64,000 nucleotides of DNA from Planctomycetota bacterium. GTDB taxonomy: Bacteria; Planctomycetota; B15-G4. Numbering within the stretch: position 1 is the first letter of the stretch; each line of letters begins with the position of its first letter. The notes beneath the pieces are model-generated. The model was given only the letters and a program-made list of their open reading frames with translations, searched no databases and was not told the origin of the DNA. The DNA lies in contig JBBQUR010000004.1 of assembly GCA_038212275.1 (NCBI GenBank), forward strand, positions 204,744 to 268,743, written 5' to 3'. Made by a program: the position numbers and the translations under genes. Of the stretch, positions 34,957-45,213 are shown one piece after another.

Positions 34957-36479
34957 AGACGGACAAGGCTCGTGCAAACCAGCCGGGCGGCTTCTCGCGA
35001 GGCGCGCGCGTGGCGGGAGCCGCCGAGGGTTTCGGCATGGCCTTCGTCGTGCTCGCGCTCGTCGGGGCGATCATCTACGCGGCGTCGCGGCCGAGCCTGC
35101 GCCTCAGGCTCGACCTCACCGAGGGCGCGCGATACACGCTCACCGAACAGACCCGTCAGGTGCTTGCCAACCTGTCCGAGCCCGTCACTTTTGTGGCGCT
35201 GATGCGCCCCGAAGTGCAGGGCATTCCCAACGGCCTCTACGAGGTCCAGCAAAGCGCCATCGCCTACGCGCAGAACCTGCTGCAGGAGTACGTGCTCGCC
35301 TCCGGCGGCAAGGTCTCGGTGCGCACGGTGGATCCGAACGAAGATCGCATCGAGGCCGAACGCCTGGTCAAGGAACTCCACCTCACGCGCTACAACGTCG
35401 TGGTCGCGCAATCGGGGAAGCGTTCCAGGCAGGTCTTTCTCGACGAGATGGTCACCATCGACCGCGGGCTGGCCGAGCCGCCGGTGATCGAGCCTGCGCA
35501 CCTCGTGGACCTGCGCGGCGAGGAACCGCTCACCACGGCCCTGCTCGCCGTGACTCGGGAGACCGCTCCGCGCGCCGGGTTTCTGCAGCGCCTCGGCGGC
35601 CCGTCGCCGGACGACTTCACCGACTTCGGGCTTGGCTGGTTCGCCGAGTCTCTTCGCGGCCAGGGCTTCGTGGTGGAGAACTTCGACCTCGCGGACAGCA
35701 CGGCCGTCCCTGCCGGTCTCGATCTGGTGATCGTGTGGGGGCCCGTGGTGCCGCTGGGCGCCCGCGTCACCGCTGCGCTGCGCGAGTTTCACGAACGTGG
35801 CGGGGCCCTGCTGCTCGGCATCGACCCGTTGCTGGCAGACAACGACCTCGACCGGTTGATCGAACGGCTCGGCGTCAAGCGCGAGCGCGCGATCATCACG
35901 CGTGACGACGTGCCCTGGGAGGGTGAACGCCGCGCCCTGATCACCGTCAGCCGCTTCCTGCCGGACCACGAGATCTCCGCGGCCATCGCGCGCCAGGGAA
36001 CCTTCGCGCGCATGTCGGGCGCCGGCGCCCTGCTTCGCTACGAGGGCGCTCCCTCCACCCTGACTGCCCAGGCCCTGGCCATCACGCCGGAGAACGTGTT
36101 CGCGGACCGCCCGCTGACGGAAGGGACGCCAGGCGACTACACCTTCGGCGAAGGCGAGGTCCGGGCGCCGCGCGCGCTGGCTTTCGCGCTGTCGGGCGAC
36201 GGCGGGCGCTGCGTGGTCTTCGGCAACTCGAGCTTCCTGACCAACAGCTTTCTCACCTCCGCCGAGGGCGGCAAGGCCAATGCGGACCTCGGACTCAACG
36301 CCGCGAACTGGCTCGCGGGCCGTGACGAGGCGATCGGCAGCCGGCCGCGCCAGGTGTTCGAATCGCGCGTCGACCTCACCGACGATGAGCGCACGAGCGT
36401 CAGCATCTACGTGCTGCTTCTCACGCCACTCGGCGGCGCACTGCTCGGTGCGCTCGTCTGGTTTGCGCGGAGGCGCTGA
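34947..36479 (+). CDS. GldG-family ABC auxiliary protein
   Basis: RLDLTEGARYTLTEQT, N- and C-terminal TM, LNAANWL, ends W..RRR. Confidence 0.82.
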   Translation: MALETDKARANQPGGFSRGARVAGAAEGFGMAFVVLALVGAIIYAASRPSLRLRLDLTEGARYTLTEQTRQVLANLSEPVTFVALMRPEVQGIPNGLYEVQQSAIAYAQNLLQEYVLASGGKVSVRTVDPNEDRIEAERLVKELHLTRYNVVVAQSGKRSRQVFLDEMVTIDRGLAEPPVIEPAHLVDLRGEEPLTTALLAVTRETAPRAGFLQRLGGPSPDDFTDFGLGWFAESLRGQGFVVENFDLADSTAVPAGLDLVIVWGPVVPLGARVTAALREFHERGGALLLGIDPLLADNDLDRLIERLGVKRERAIITRDDVPWEGERRALITVSRFLPDHEISAAIARQGTFARMSGAGALLRYEGAPSTLTAQALAITPENVFADRPLTEGTPGDYTFGEGEVRAPRALAFALSGDGGRCVVFGNSSFLTNSFLTSAEGGKANADLGLNAANWLAGRDEAIGSRPRQVFESRVDLTDDERTSVSIYVLLLTPLGGALLGALVWFARRR

Positions 36480-36484
36480 GGCGG

Positions 36485-38323
36485 ATGGCCATGTCGATGT
36501 CGCGCGAACTCCGTGCCCGCCTGGCCACGCTGGCTGTCCTGGTCGTCGTGGCGTTCGGCCTCTATTTCGTCGCGCTGCGCGCCGACGTGCTGCACGCACC
36601 GAGGGCCGTGACGGGGCCGCTGTATCCGGACCTGGCCACGCAGGACATCACCTGGATCTACCTGCGCCTGGCGTTCGGGCAGGACCTCGAGCTCCAGCGC
36701 CATCCGGGCGCCCCGTGGCGCATCACGCGGCCCGTCGCCGAATCGGCGCGCCAGGACTACGTCGACAAGCTGCTGGACGATCTCTCCCGGGCCACGGTGG
36801 AGCCTGCCGAGGTCGCGGGCGAGACGCTCCGAGCCGCCAATGTGGGCCTCGAACCGCCCGATTTCCAGATCAGCTTCGGCAATGGCAAGCAGCGCGAGAC
36901 GCTGCTCCTCGGCGGCGTGGAGCCTCTCGGGCGCATGGTCTATGCGCGACGCAGCGGCGACACGTCCATCGTGCTGACGACTCGCAATCTCGAGACGCTG
37001 CTCCAGTTCAACAGCTCGGACTTCGTGGACCCGACCCTGCTGCGCGGCCTTGCCGGTCCGCCCACGCACGTCCGGGTGGAGGTCGACGGCGGTGTGCTGC
37101 TCGATGCCGTGCGCAAGGCGGACCACTGGACACTCACGGCACCCGTGGCTGCGCAGGCGGATGACGATCGCATCTCGCAATTGGTGCGCAGCCTGTTCTT
37201 CGCGCGTGCTTCGGGAGTGATCGTCTCCAATCCGCTGCCGGCCGCGCTTCACGACATGGGCATGCCTGATCCGAGCGATCGTGCCGCCGGAGACTGGCGC
37301 GGCGCGACGCTCATCGAGATCGGCAACGAAGCGGAGGGGCCCGTGAAGGCCTGGCTCGCGGCCGGCTGGCAGGACTCGGGCGAAGAGGTGGCTGCCATGC
37401 GCGATGACGGCCCCAAGGTGATCACGATCCCTCGTGCGTCGCTCAACATGCTGGCGAACGAGCCCTCGTACTTCCGTCAGCATCGGGTGCTGCCGCCGCT
37501 GCGTGATCGCGCGGAGAGTCTGCGGCTGGCTCGCGAAGGAAGCGTGCTCCTCGACATCCGCCGGGCGCGCGACGGGAGCTGGACGTTTCTCGTGCCGGAG
37601 CGGCTTGCGGGCGAGCCCGTCGAGAACGAGCGCGTCGAATTGCACTCGGTGCTCGGCGACTTTCTCGAGCACATCGATTCCCTGGAAGCCATCGACTTCC
37701 TGCCGCCGCCGACGGGCACGCCGATCGCCGATCTGCAGGTCACCTGGACTCGCGGCACCGACGTGAGGCTCGAACGTCTCGACCTGTTCGCACCTCTGCC
37801 CGAAGGCGTCCCGGCGCTTTACGCCGACCGTCCGCAGGAGGGTTTGCTGCTCCCGTTGTCCGTCCTCGACCTGTTCGCGTGGGAGACGCCCGAGATCCTT
37901 CGCAAGCTCGCGCCGATCGCCATCGATGGTCTGGCCTGGAAGGGCTTCCGGGTGGAATATCCGACGCCCGAGGAAACGCTCGAGGTCCGGCGCGCAGCGG
38001 ACGGCTCGTGGACCGGTGACGACGAGTGGGGCCGACGCTTCGGCCTCGCCAAGGACCTGCAGCGTGGATTCAGGGGATTCCGGTGGCAGCCCGTGCGCGC
38101 GAAGGCGGAGTACCCATGGCAACTCGCCTTTCTCGACGACGCAGGAGGCGTGCTCGAAACCGTGCGCCTGCGGCTCCCGGCCGCCGATGAGCCCCAGGAG
38201 GCCAATGGCTACCCGTGCGCCTTCGCGGCGCTCCCAGGACACGATGGTGTGGAACTCGTGATTGCCCGGCAGTGGGTGACCCAAGTCCAATCGCTGCAGG
38301 CGCCACAGCAGCGCAATCCGTGA
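36485..38323 (+). CDS. DUF4340-domain protein
   Basis: N-terminal TM; repeated 'W.I/L..PV...A' units, GLEPP, LLLGG; usual position after GldG-like gene. Confidence 0.7.
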   Translation: MAMSMSRELRARLATLAVLVVVAFGLYFVALRADVLHAPRAVTGPLYPDLATQDITWIYLRLAFGQDLELQRHPGAPWRITRPVAESARQDYVDKLLDDLSRATVEPAEVAGETLRAANVGLEPPDFQISFGNGKQRETLLLGGVEPLGRMVYARRSGDTSIVLTTRNLETLLQFNSSDFVDPTLLRGLAGPPTHVRVEVDGGVLLDAVRKADHWTLTAPVAAQADDDRISQLVRSLFFARASGVIVSNPLPAALHDMGMPDPSDRAAGDWRGATLIEIGNEAEGPVKAWLAAGWQDSGEEVAAMRDDGPKVITIPRASLNMLANEPSYFRQHRVLPPLRDRAESLRLAREGSVLLDIRRARDGSWTFLVPERLAGEPVENERVELHSVLGDFLEHIDSLEAIDFLPPPTGTPIADLQVTWTRGTDVRLERLDLFAPLPEGVPALYADRPQEGLLLPLSVLDLFAWETPEILRKLAPIAIDGLAWKGFRVEYPTPEETLEVRRAADGSWTGDDEWGRRFGLAKDLQRGFRGFRWQPVRAKAEYPWQLAFLDDAGGVLETVRLRLPAADEPQEANGYPCAFAALPGHDGVELVIARQWVTQVQSLQAPQQRNP

Positions 38324-38351
38324 TCGGGCCACCGGCCGATCAGTAGGCCGA

Positions 38352-38954
38352 TCAGTCGGCCGATCTCGCTGGCAGCGTGGCGGCCCAGGAGCTGATGGCC
38401 GCCGGGTAGGTCCGGCACTCGGCATCGAACACGCGCGCCGCGAGCGATGCGACCGTGTCGCCGGGCAGCACGGGCACGCGCGACTGCGCGACGATGGGGC
38501 CATGGTCGTAATGTTCGTCCACGACGTGGACCGTGCAACCGCTCTCGGTATCGCCCGCGGCGAGGACGGCAGCGTGCACGTGCTCACCATACATGCCGCG
38601 CCCGCCATGCCGAGGCAGCAGGGAAGGGTGGATGTTGAGCACGCGACCCGTGAGTTCCGGCGGCACGGCGAAGTGGAGCAGCCAGCCCGCGAGAATCACG
38701 AGATCCGGGCGTTCGGCCCGCAATGCCGCGGCGAGTGCGGCATCGAAGGCGGCTCGATCCGCATGGTCGCGGGGCCGCAGCACGTCCATTGCGAAGCCGG
38801 CCTGCCGGGCGCGCGCCACGCCGGCCGTGTCCGCGCGCGAGCTGATGACTCGCGTGATCATGGCATGCAGCCGTCCGGCGTCGATGGCGTCTGCGAGGTT
38901 GAGCAGCGTGCGACCGCCGCCGGACATGAGCACGACGAGCCGCAGCGGTTTCAT
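38352..38954 (-). CDS. purN: Phosphoribosylglycinamide formyltransferase
   Basis: SGGGRTL, LAGW, NIHPSLLP, GCTVH.VD..YDHGPI. Confidence 0.95.
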   Translation of the reverse strand: MKPLRLVVLMSGGGRTLLNLADAIDAGRLHAMITRVISSRADTAGVARARQAGFAMDVLRPRDHADRAAFDAALAAALRAERPDLVILAGWLLHFAVPPELTGRVLNIHPSLLPRHGGRGMYGEHVHAAVLAAGDTESGCTVHVVDEHYDHGPIVAQSRVPVLPGDTVASLAARVFDAECRTYPAAISSWAATLPARSAD

Positions 38955-39283
38955 GCGCCGGTGAGTGCGGCAGCGAGTCGCTGCCTTGCCGCATCGAGCG
39001 TCAGGCCGCGCGCGTGGTAGCGCTTGTCCCGGTGTGTGGCGCCGCTCACGCAGGTCACTGCGCTTCGAGACACTCCGAGCACGCCGGCGAGGACCTCCCC
39101 GATGCGCCGCGTCGCGAGGCCGTCCTCGGGTGGCGCCGTGGTTGCGATTTTCAGCGCGCAGCCGCGGGTGCCGAGCAGTCCTTCGCGTCGGCTGCCGGGC
39201 TGAGCGCGGACATGCACCAGCACACCCGCCTCGTCGGTCGAGAGCGCCTCGAACACGGCCTGCAGATCCGCGACAACCACCAT
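38951..39283 (-). CDS. DUF167 (YggU) family protein
   Basis: VRAQPGSRR, TAPPEDG, SGATHRDK. Confidence 0.85.
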   Translation of the reverse strand: MVVVADLQAVFEALSTDEAGVLVHVRAQPGSRREGLLGTRGCALKIATTAPPEDGLATRRIGEVLAGVLGVSRSAVTCVSGATHRDKRYHARGLTLDAARQRLAAALTGA

Positions 39284-39301
39284 GAGGCCGATGATGGCAG
39301 A

Positions 39302-41023
39302 TCAGGGCGGAACGGTGAAGCTCGTGACGTTCGAGAAGGCCCCGTGCCCCGGCCCGAAGACCGACACGGACTGGAAGTAGAGCGTCAGCCCGATGGCCGC
39401 GCGCGGGAGCGGGTCGAGCACCACACCTGACAAGCCTGCGGCCGGTGCGGTGCCAACGAAGATGATCTGGAATGTCGCAGGAGACAGGCCGAACACTCCG
39501 GTGAAGCCCGGCAGGGTCGCCTGGCCGGGAGCTGGCGAGCCGAGCAGGATGAGCGGCACGCCGGGATAGGCGAAGTTGAAGATGCCGATCTCGTCCGACA
39601 AGTGCAGAGGCACCTTCAGGTAGCACACCGGTCCTGCCGCGATGCCGCTCGTCCCGCTCAGGACCATCGCGGTGCCGGAGCCGCAGGCCACCATTTCGCG
39701 CCTGCCGTCGCCATCGAAATCGTTGAGCGCCGCCGTGACGACACCGCGGGAACGCATGCGCTCCACGCTCAGGAAGAATCCCTTCGCGCCATCGACCAGG
39801 TAGACGTTCTCGTCGAGTGAACAGGTGACGAGGTCCTGCGCGCCATTCGAGTCGACGTCGCCGACGTTCGCCATGGCGAACATCGACCCGCCGTTCACGG
39901 GGGATCCTTCGGTGCGCCAGCGGAACTTGCCGGTCCGCGAGATGACCCCGGTGGCAGCATGGTCGAAACCACCCACCGCGAAGTCGGCCAGGCCATCGCC
40001 GTCGATATCGCCGACCGCCGTCAGCGCAGTCACGTTCGTCAGCAGGTACTCGGAAGTCCACAGCAGCGCGCCGTTCCTGCCTCCGAGACCGAACAGGCAC
40101 GGGGAGGGCGCATCGAGGACGCCGACCGCCGCATCGGACCAACCATCTTCGTCGATGTCGGGAAGCGGGAGGATCACGCTGGCGGTTCCGGGCATCCCGA
40201 CGGACCAGATCACCGCTCCCGTTGCGCCGGATAGCAGTCGCGCGAACGGAGTGACCTCGCCGCCGCAGCACAGGACATCCGGGATGCCGTCAGCGTCGCT
40301 GTCCGCCGTCGTGCGGACATCACAGACCGAGTCGCCTGCCGCGTGCGTCCAGAGTGATGCGCCGTTGCTGCCGGACAGCAGCCGCACCGCGTTCAAGCCG
40401 CGCCCTCCGGCGACGAGCAGGTCCGCGGCGCCGTCGCCGTTCATGTCGGTCGTCGGCTGCAAAGCGAGCAGATTGACCATCGGACCGCCGCCCGGCGCGA
40501 GATTCACCGACCAGGCCGGCATGCCGGTGACGGGGTCCCGGCGTTCCACGCGGCCGTGTTCCGAGCTTGCCGCGACGAAGAGCGCGCCATCGCAGAAGGC
40601 CAGCGTGCGCAGGCCGCGAAAGCCGCCGTTGTCCGGGATCGCACTCCAGAGCACGGTCGCGTTCCTGCCATCGCGCGCTTGCAGCGTGCGTGCTGCACTT
40701 CCGGGGGCGAAGCCGGTGGCGAAGTCCTCCGCGCCGTCGCCGTTCACATCCCCGATGGCGACGACACTTCGGCTGGATCCCGTCGACGGTGCAAACGACA
40801 CCACCACTCCGGGCCCCGGGTTGGGAATGCCGTAGACGAAGGGATCGGCGGGCGACGAGATCGCTGCATCCATGGAGGCTGGAAGCTGGTCATCTACGGC
40901 AGCCTGCCCACGACTGGCTCCGGACAGCTCGAAGAACGTCGCGAACGCGCAGAGCGACGCGACGCGAATGAGGCGGTGACAGCGAGGACGGCGGACGGCG
41001 GAGCGGTGTGGGTGGAGAGACAT
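39302..41023 (-). CDS. Secreted FG-GAP/PQQ-like beta-propeller protein
   Basis: Repeats of D.N/DGDG..D and 'SG..GA.LW'; start uncertain. Confidence 0.75.
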   Translation of the reverse strand: MSLHPHRSAVRRPRCHRLIRVASLCAFATFFELSGASRGQAAVDDQLPASMDAAISSPADPFVYGIPNPGPGVVVSFAPSTGSSRSVVAIGDVNGDGAEDFATGFAPGSAARTLQARDGRNATVLWSAIPDNGGFRGLRTLAFCDGALFVAASSEHGRVERRDPVTGMPAWSVNLAPGGGPMVNLLALQPTTDMNGDGAADLLVAGGRGLNAVRLLSGSNGASLWTHAAGDSVCDVRTTADSDADGIPDVLCCGGEVTPFARLLSGATGAVIWSVGMPGTASVILPLPDIDEDGWSDAAVGVLDAPSPCLFGLGGRNGALLWTSEYLLTNVTALTAVGDIDGDGLADFAVGGFDHAATGVISRTGKFRWRTEGSPVNGGSMFAMANVGDVDSNGAQDLVTCSLDENVYLVDGAKGFFLSVERMRSRGVVTAALNDFDGDGRREMVACGSGTAMVLSGTSGIAAGPVCYLKVPLHLSDEIGIFNFAYPGVPLILLGSPAPGQATLPGFTGVFGLSPATFQIIFVGTAPAAGLSGVVLDPLPRAAIGLTLYFQSVSVFGPGHGAFSNVTSFTVPP

Positions 41024-41784
41024 CAGGGGTGCTCGTGAAGCGTGCCAGGGGCGCTGCACGCCACGGCGGGGAGGGGAAGTCCGTCGACCAGCCGGCGACC
41101 GACGCGGATGAGTGTGGCGCCTTCCTCGATGGCCACCGTGAAGTCATCCGACATGCCCATGGAAAGCTGGTCGAGAGGCAGTCCTTCCTCCGGGAGCGCG
41201 CAACGGTCACGCAAGGCGGCAAGTGACTGAAAATGCACGCGGGAGTCTTCGGATCGCGCCGCGGCGGGCGCCATGGTCATCAGGCCGGTGACGTGCAGGT
41301 GCCGCAGGCGCCGGGAGGCCTGCAGCGCCTCCGGCAGTTCCCGGGGCAGAAAGCCGTGCTTGCTCGCCTCGCCGCTGACATTCACCTGCAGGAGCAACTC
41401 CGGTACCCGGCCCGCGGCCGCGGCCGCGGCGTCCAGGCGCTGCAGCAACTCCACGCTGTCCACACCGTGGAGGACATCAAAAAGCGCCACCGCACGCTGG
41501 GCCTTGTTGGACTGAAGGTGCCCGATCAGGTGCCACCTGGGGCCGGCGTCGCACATCGCACGGCGCGTCTCGGCGGCCTGCACCCGGCTCTCTCCCACGT
41601 CGGTGACACCGGCAGCGTGCAGGTGGCTGAAGATCGATACGGGCGCCGACTTCGTCACCACGACGACCGTCACCCCGGCCGGGTCGCGACCGACGCGCCG
41701 CGCCGCCAGACCGACCTCCCCCCGCAGGGCTGCGAGGCGGCCTGCGAGACACTGGTCAGCGGGCGGGTTCTCGGTGGGTGTCAT
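41023..41784 (-). CDS. yggS: PLP homeostasis protein YggS/PlsC family (PROSC)
   Basis: VVVTK, GESRVQ, WHLIGHLQSNK, GLMTM, LSMGMSDDF..AIEEGAT.IRVG. Confidence 0.95.
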   Translation of the reverse strand: MTPTENPPADQCLAGRLAALRGEVGLAARRVGRDPAGVTVVVVTKSAPVSIFSHLHAAGVTDVGESRVQAAETRRAMCDAGPRWHLIGHLQSNKAQRAVALFDVLHGVDSVELLQRLDAAAAAAGRVPELLLQVNVSGEASKHGFLPRELPEALQASRRLRHLHVTGLMTMAPAAARSEDSRVHFQSLAALRDRCALPEEGLPLDQLSMGMSDDFTVAIEEGATLIRVGRRLVDGLPLPAVACSAPGTLHEHP

Positions 41785-41854
41785 GGGTCTCCTCAGGATA
41801 CTCCCACCACAATCCGCTTGACCGGTCGTTCGCGCGCCCGCTACGGTCGCCACC

Positions 41855-42913
41855 ATGATTTTCATGGCGCTTCTCATCGTCTTCCTGTCCCCGCTGACCA
41901 CAGTCCCGCTGACGGAGCCCACCGTCGCCCTGGAGCAGAGGGCCTCCGAGCCACAGCAGCAGTGGGTGGCGCCGCTCGGCGAGTTGCGCCACGCCCGGGT
42001 GACAAGGATCGGCACCGTTGCCGACCTGGTGCTCGCCGAGGACAGCGCCGGGGGTCTGACGGCGCTTGATCCCGCCACGGGTCAGGCGCGCTGGTTCGTT
42101 CAGCTCCCCGCGCCACTGAACTTCTGGCCGGTTGCCGGAGATGGAGTCATCTCCCTCGCGTGCGGGCAGACGATGGTTGTCGTCTCCTCCACGAACGGAA
42201 CCAGGCGTTTCCAGACTTCGGAGGGCTCCGTTCCGTGCAACAGCCCGGTCGCGGACTCTCACGCTCTGTACGTGCCCACGCTGCTCGGCAACCGGGTGGT
42301 GGCCACGTCGCTCGAGTCGGGCCAGGTCGCCTGGTCTTACCAGATGGCGGCGCCCATCACGACGCCCGCACAACTCGTCGGCGCCGTCGGCACCCGGTCC
42401 GTGCTCGTCGGTTGCGACGACGGCATGCTGCGCGCGTTGCCCGCGGGGCTCGCGGTGCCCGAGCACGAGCGCTGGGTCGCCCATGTCGGGAGGATCATCG
42501 ACGGTCCCGTGATCGCCGGCGAACTTGTGCTTGTGGCCAGCGCGGATCTCGTCCTGCTCGCACTCGATGCCTCGTCCGGCGTGGCGCGCTGGCGACACCT
42601 GCCGGGTGAAGCACTCCGCTGCGCACCCGTCGTCGTGGGTGACCTCGTCCTGTGTTCGACCGACACGAGGCTCTTCGCGGTGCACGCATCCAGCGGTCAG
42701 CTTGCGTGGGAGCAGGAGGTCCATGCACGGCCGCTGGCGGAGTTGAATGGCGCGGTTCTCGACGTGCGGGCCGATGGCAGCTCGGAAGTGCGCGAAGCAA
42801 GCACGGGAGCCGTGCTCGTCCAGGCGCTTCCCTCGGACGTCGTGTCGAACCACGGGATGCTGGTGCAACTGCGCGGCGGCACCGAGGTCGTGGGATGGAA
42901 GCTCGGGCGCTGA
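41855..42913 (+). CDS. PQQ-like beta-propeller (BamB-like) protein
   Basis: Signal peptide, repeated 'ALD..TG...W' motifs. Confidence 0.75.
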   Translation: MIFMALLIVFLSPLTTVPLTEPTVALEQRASEPQQQWVAPLGELRHARVTRIGTVADLVLAEDSAGGLTALDPATGQARWFVQLPAPLNFWPVAGDGVISLACGQTMVVVSSTNGTRRFQTSEGSVPCNSPVADSHALYVPTLLGNRVVATSLESGQVAWSYQMAAPITTPAQLVGAVGTRSVLVGCDDGMLRALPAGLAVPEHERWVAHVGRIIDGPVIAGELVLVASADLVLLALDASSGVARWRHLPGEALRCAPVVVGDLVLCSTDTRLFAVHASSGQLAWEQEVHARPLAELNGAVLDVRADGSSEVREASTGAVLVQALPSDVVSNHGMLVQLRGGTEVVGWKLGR

Positions 42914-42920
42914 ACGTGAC

Positions 42921-44012
42921 TCAGCGCAGGTGCAGCGGAAGCTGACCCAGCGCATCCAGCACGCAGTCCGACACATCCCGCGAGCGGAGCGCCTCGTCAG
43001 GCAGCAGCATGAAGTCGCGTGTTGCACGCACGCGCAGTGCTCGTGGCGTGGCCGGCAGCGAGAGCTCGCCATGTCCGGCCTGCGCAAGTTTCGACAAGGC
43101 CTCCACGATGGCGGCACGCGGATCGATTCGACGGCGTTCGGCGAGGCAGTGACCAAGGAGCCGCAAGAGTTCCGCGACGTGCTCGCCTCGCGCATCGCCT
43201 GTCGCAGGTCGAAAGGCGTGCCAGGCAAGCCGACAGCTCAGGCCATCGGGAGTCAACCCGTTCTCGATCAGCGCGGCGACGCGAAGGACTCGAGCTTCCA
43301 GCCTGACGCGCGCGTTCGCCTGCAGGGAGTGCAGTGCGGGCACGACACTCGCGCCCTCCGTCGCCAGCCAGGCTCGCACGCGGTTGCGTGCCACGGTGAC
43401 GTCAGCATTCGTCTCGTCCTCGACGCACGGAATGGCATGCGCAGCCCGGTACGCCACGAGTTCCAGACGTCCCGGAGGAAGTCTCGCAGCGAGCAAGGGG
43501 TGAACGAGCATGACATCGGAAGCAAGCGGCCTCAGCACGGGAATGCCGGCAAGCGCGCGATCTCCTCGATGCCCGCGCTGCAGATGCAGCAGCAGCGTTT
43601 CCAGGCTGTCGTCACGGTGATGTGCAACCAGGACATGCCGGGCCCCGGCGGAGCGCGCCGCCTGCTGCAGTGCAGCGAGCCGTCGAGCTCGTGCCGCCGT
43701 CTCACCCCGCCCCGGAGACGACGGCGTGGGCCCCGCAGAAACAACCGAGCATGGAATGTCCATTGTCTGGCAGACCGTACGCACGAACTCGGCATCGTTC
43801 GGAGCGGCCACACGCAGACCATGCTGGACGTGCACCACGGCGAGCGGGCTGCGCAGCACCGAGCGCGCGGCCATGAGCAGCGCCATGGAGTCACTTCCAC
43901 CCGAGACCCCCAGAATGAGGAGGTGCCCATCCGGGAAGACGTCTCCTGCACAACGTCGGAGGCCGGCCATCACCATCTGGTGGGCTTCGTCGTCGAAATC
44001 GGGGGACAGCAT
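42921..44012 (-). CDS. tilS: tRNA(Ile)-lysidine synthase
   Basis: [35 protein letters not shown]. Confidence 0.88.
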   Translation of the reverse strand: MLSPDFDDEAHQMVMAGLRRCAGDVFPDGHLLILGVSGGSDSMALLMAARSVLRSPLAVVHVQHGLRVAAPNDAEFVRTVCQTMDIPCSVVSAGPTPSSPGRGETAARARRLAALQQAARSAGARHVLVAHHRDDSLETLLLHLQRGHRGDRALAGIPVLRPLASDVMLVHPLLAARLPPGRLELVAYRAAHAIPCVEDETNADVTVARNRVRAWLATEGASVVPALHSLQANARVRLEARVLRVAALIENGLTPDGLSCRLAWHAFRPATGDARGEHVAELLRLLGHCLAERRRIDPRAAIVEALSKLAQAGHGELSLPATPRALRVRATRDFMLLPDEALRSRDVSDCVLDALGQLPLHLR

Positions 44013-44200
44013 GCGCGCATGCTAGCTGGCAGCGGTCACGACCCGGGGGCCACCCGAGACGGCGGCCGCGCCGCGCCATCGGAAGCGACCGGGCGTTGGC
44101 TGTCACTCGACCCGGTGGTTATAAAGGCGACCCTTCGTCGCGCGGCACCTCGGCGGAACGCACCGCCAACGCGCACGGGATCAGCCCCCGAAAGGACAGC

Positions 44201-45205
44201 ATGGCCATCAGGATCGGCATCAACGGTTTCGGACGCATCGGCCGCACGGTCTTCCGCATCATGCAGGAGCGCAAGGAGTTCGAGGTCGTCCTCATCAACG
44301 ACCTGTCGGACCCGGCTTCACTGGCCCACCTCCTGAAGTACGACACGGTCATGGGCCGCTTCGGCCACGCCGTCAGCTCGGTCGAGGGTGCGCTTGTCGT
44401 CGATGGCCGTCAGGTCAAGGTCACCGCCGAGAGGGAGCCGAAGCTCCTCCCATGGAAGGAACTCAAGGTGGACTTTGTCGTCGAGTCCACCGGTCGCTTC
44501 CGCAAGCGCGACGAGATCGCGCAGCACCTGACAGCCGGCGCAGGGAAAGTGCTCCTCACCGTTCCGTCCAAGGACGACATCGATGCCATGGTCGTGCTCG
44601 GCGTCAACGACGAGATACTCAAGGCCGAGCACCGCATCATCAGCAATGCTTCGTGCACGACGAACTGCCTTGCGCCGATCGCCAAGGTCCTGAACGACTC
44701 GTTCGGCATTCGTCGCGGGCTCATGACCACGGTGCATGCGTACACCAATGACCAGAATGTCGCGGACATGATCCACAAGGATCTTCGTCGCGCCCGTGCG
44801 GCGGCGCAGAACATCATCCCGACGGACACAGGAGCTGCGCGCGCCGTCGGCAAGGTGCTGCCGGCGCTCAAGGGCAAGCTCGACGGCACGGCGCTGCGCG
44901 TCCCCGTCGTCACCGGCTCGATCGTGGACCTTGTCGCGGTTCTCGACAAGGAGGTCACGCGGGAGGCCGTGAACGCTGCGATGAAGGCTGCCGCAGACGG
45001 CCCGATGAAGGGCATCCTGGAATACACGGCCGACCCGATCGTGAGCAGCGACATCATCGGCAGCAGCGCCAGCTCGATCTTCGACTCGCTCGCGACGATG
45101 GTCATCGACAGCAACATGGTGAAGGTGCTGTCCTGGTATGACAACGAGTGGGGGTACTCCTGTCGCGTCGTCGACCTGATTCGCAAGGCCCATGAGCTGA
45201 AGTAG
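44201..45205 (+). CDS. gap: Glyceraldehyde-3-phosphate dehydrogenase
   Basis: [27 protein letters not shown]. Confidence 0.98.
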   Translation: MAIRIGINGFGRIGRTVFRIMQERKEFEVVLINDLSDPASLAHLLKYDTVMGRFGHAVSSVEGALVVDGRQVKVTAEREPKLLPWKELKVDFVVESTGRFRKRDEIAQHLTAGAGKVLLTVPSKDDIDAMVVLGVNDEILKAEHRIISNASCTTNCLAPIAKVLNDSFGIRRGLMTTVHAYTNDQNVADMIHKDLRRARAAAQNIIPTDTGAARAVGKVLPALKGKLDGTALRVPVVTGSIVDLVAVLDKEVTREAVNAAMKAAADGPMKGILEYTADPIVSSDIIGSSASSIFDSLATMVIDSNMVKVLSWYDNEWGYSCRVVDLIRKAHELK

Positions 45206-45213
45206 GCGCACAC

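Noticed and set aside
33246..38323. Gliding motility system
   Set aside because: GldA/F/G-like ABC plus DUF4340 is widespread and no gldK-N/spr genes are present
42921..44012. tilS as a truncated pseudogene
   Set aside because: Catalytic motifs are intact and short TilS forms lacking the distal domain are known
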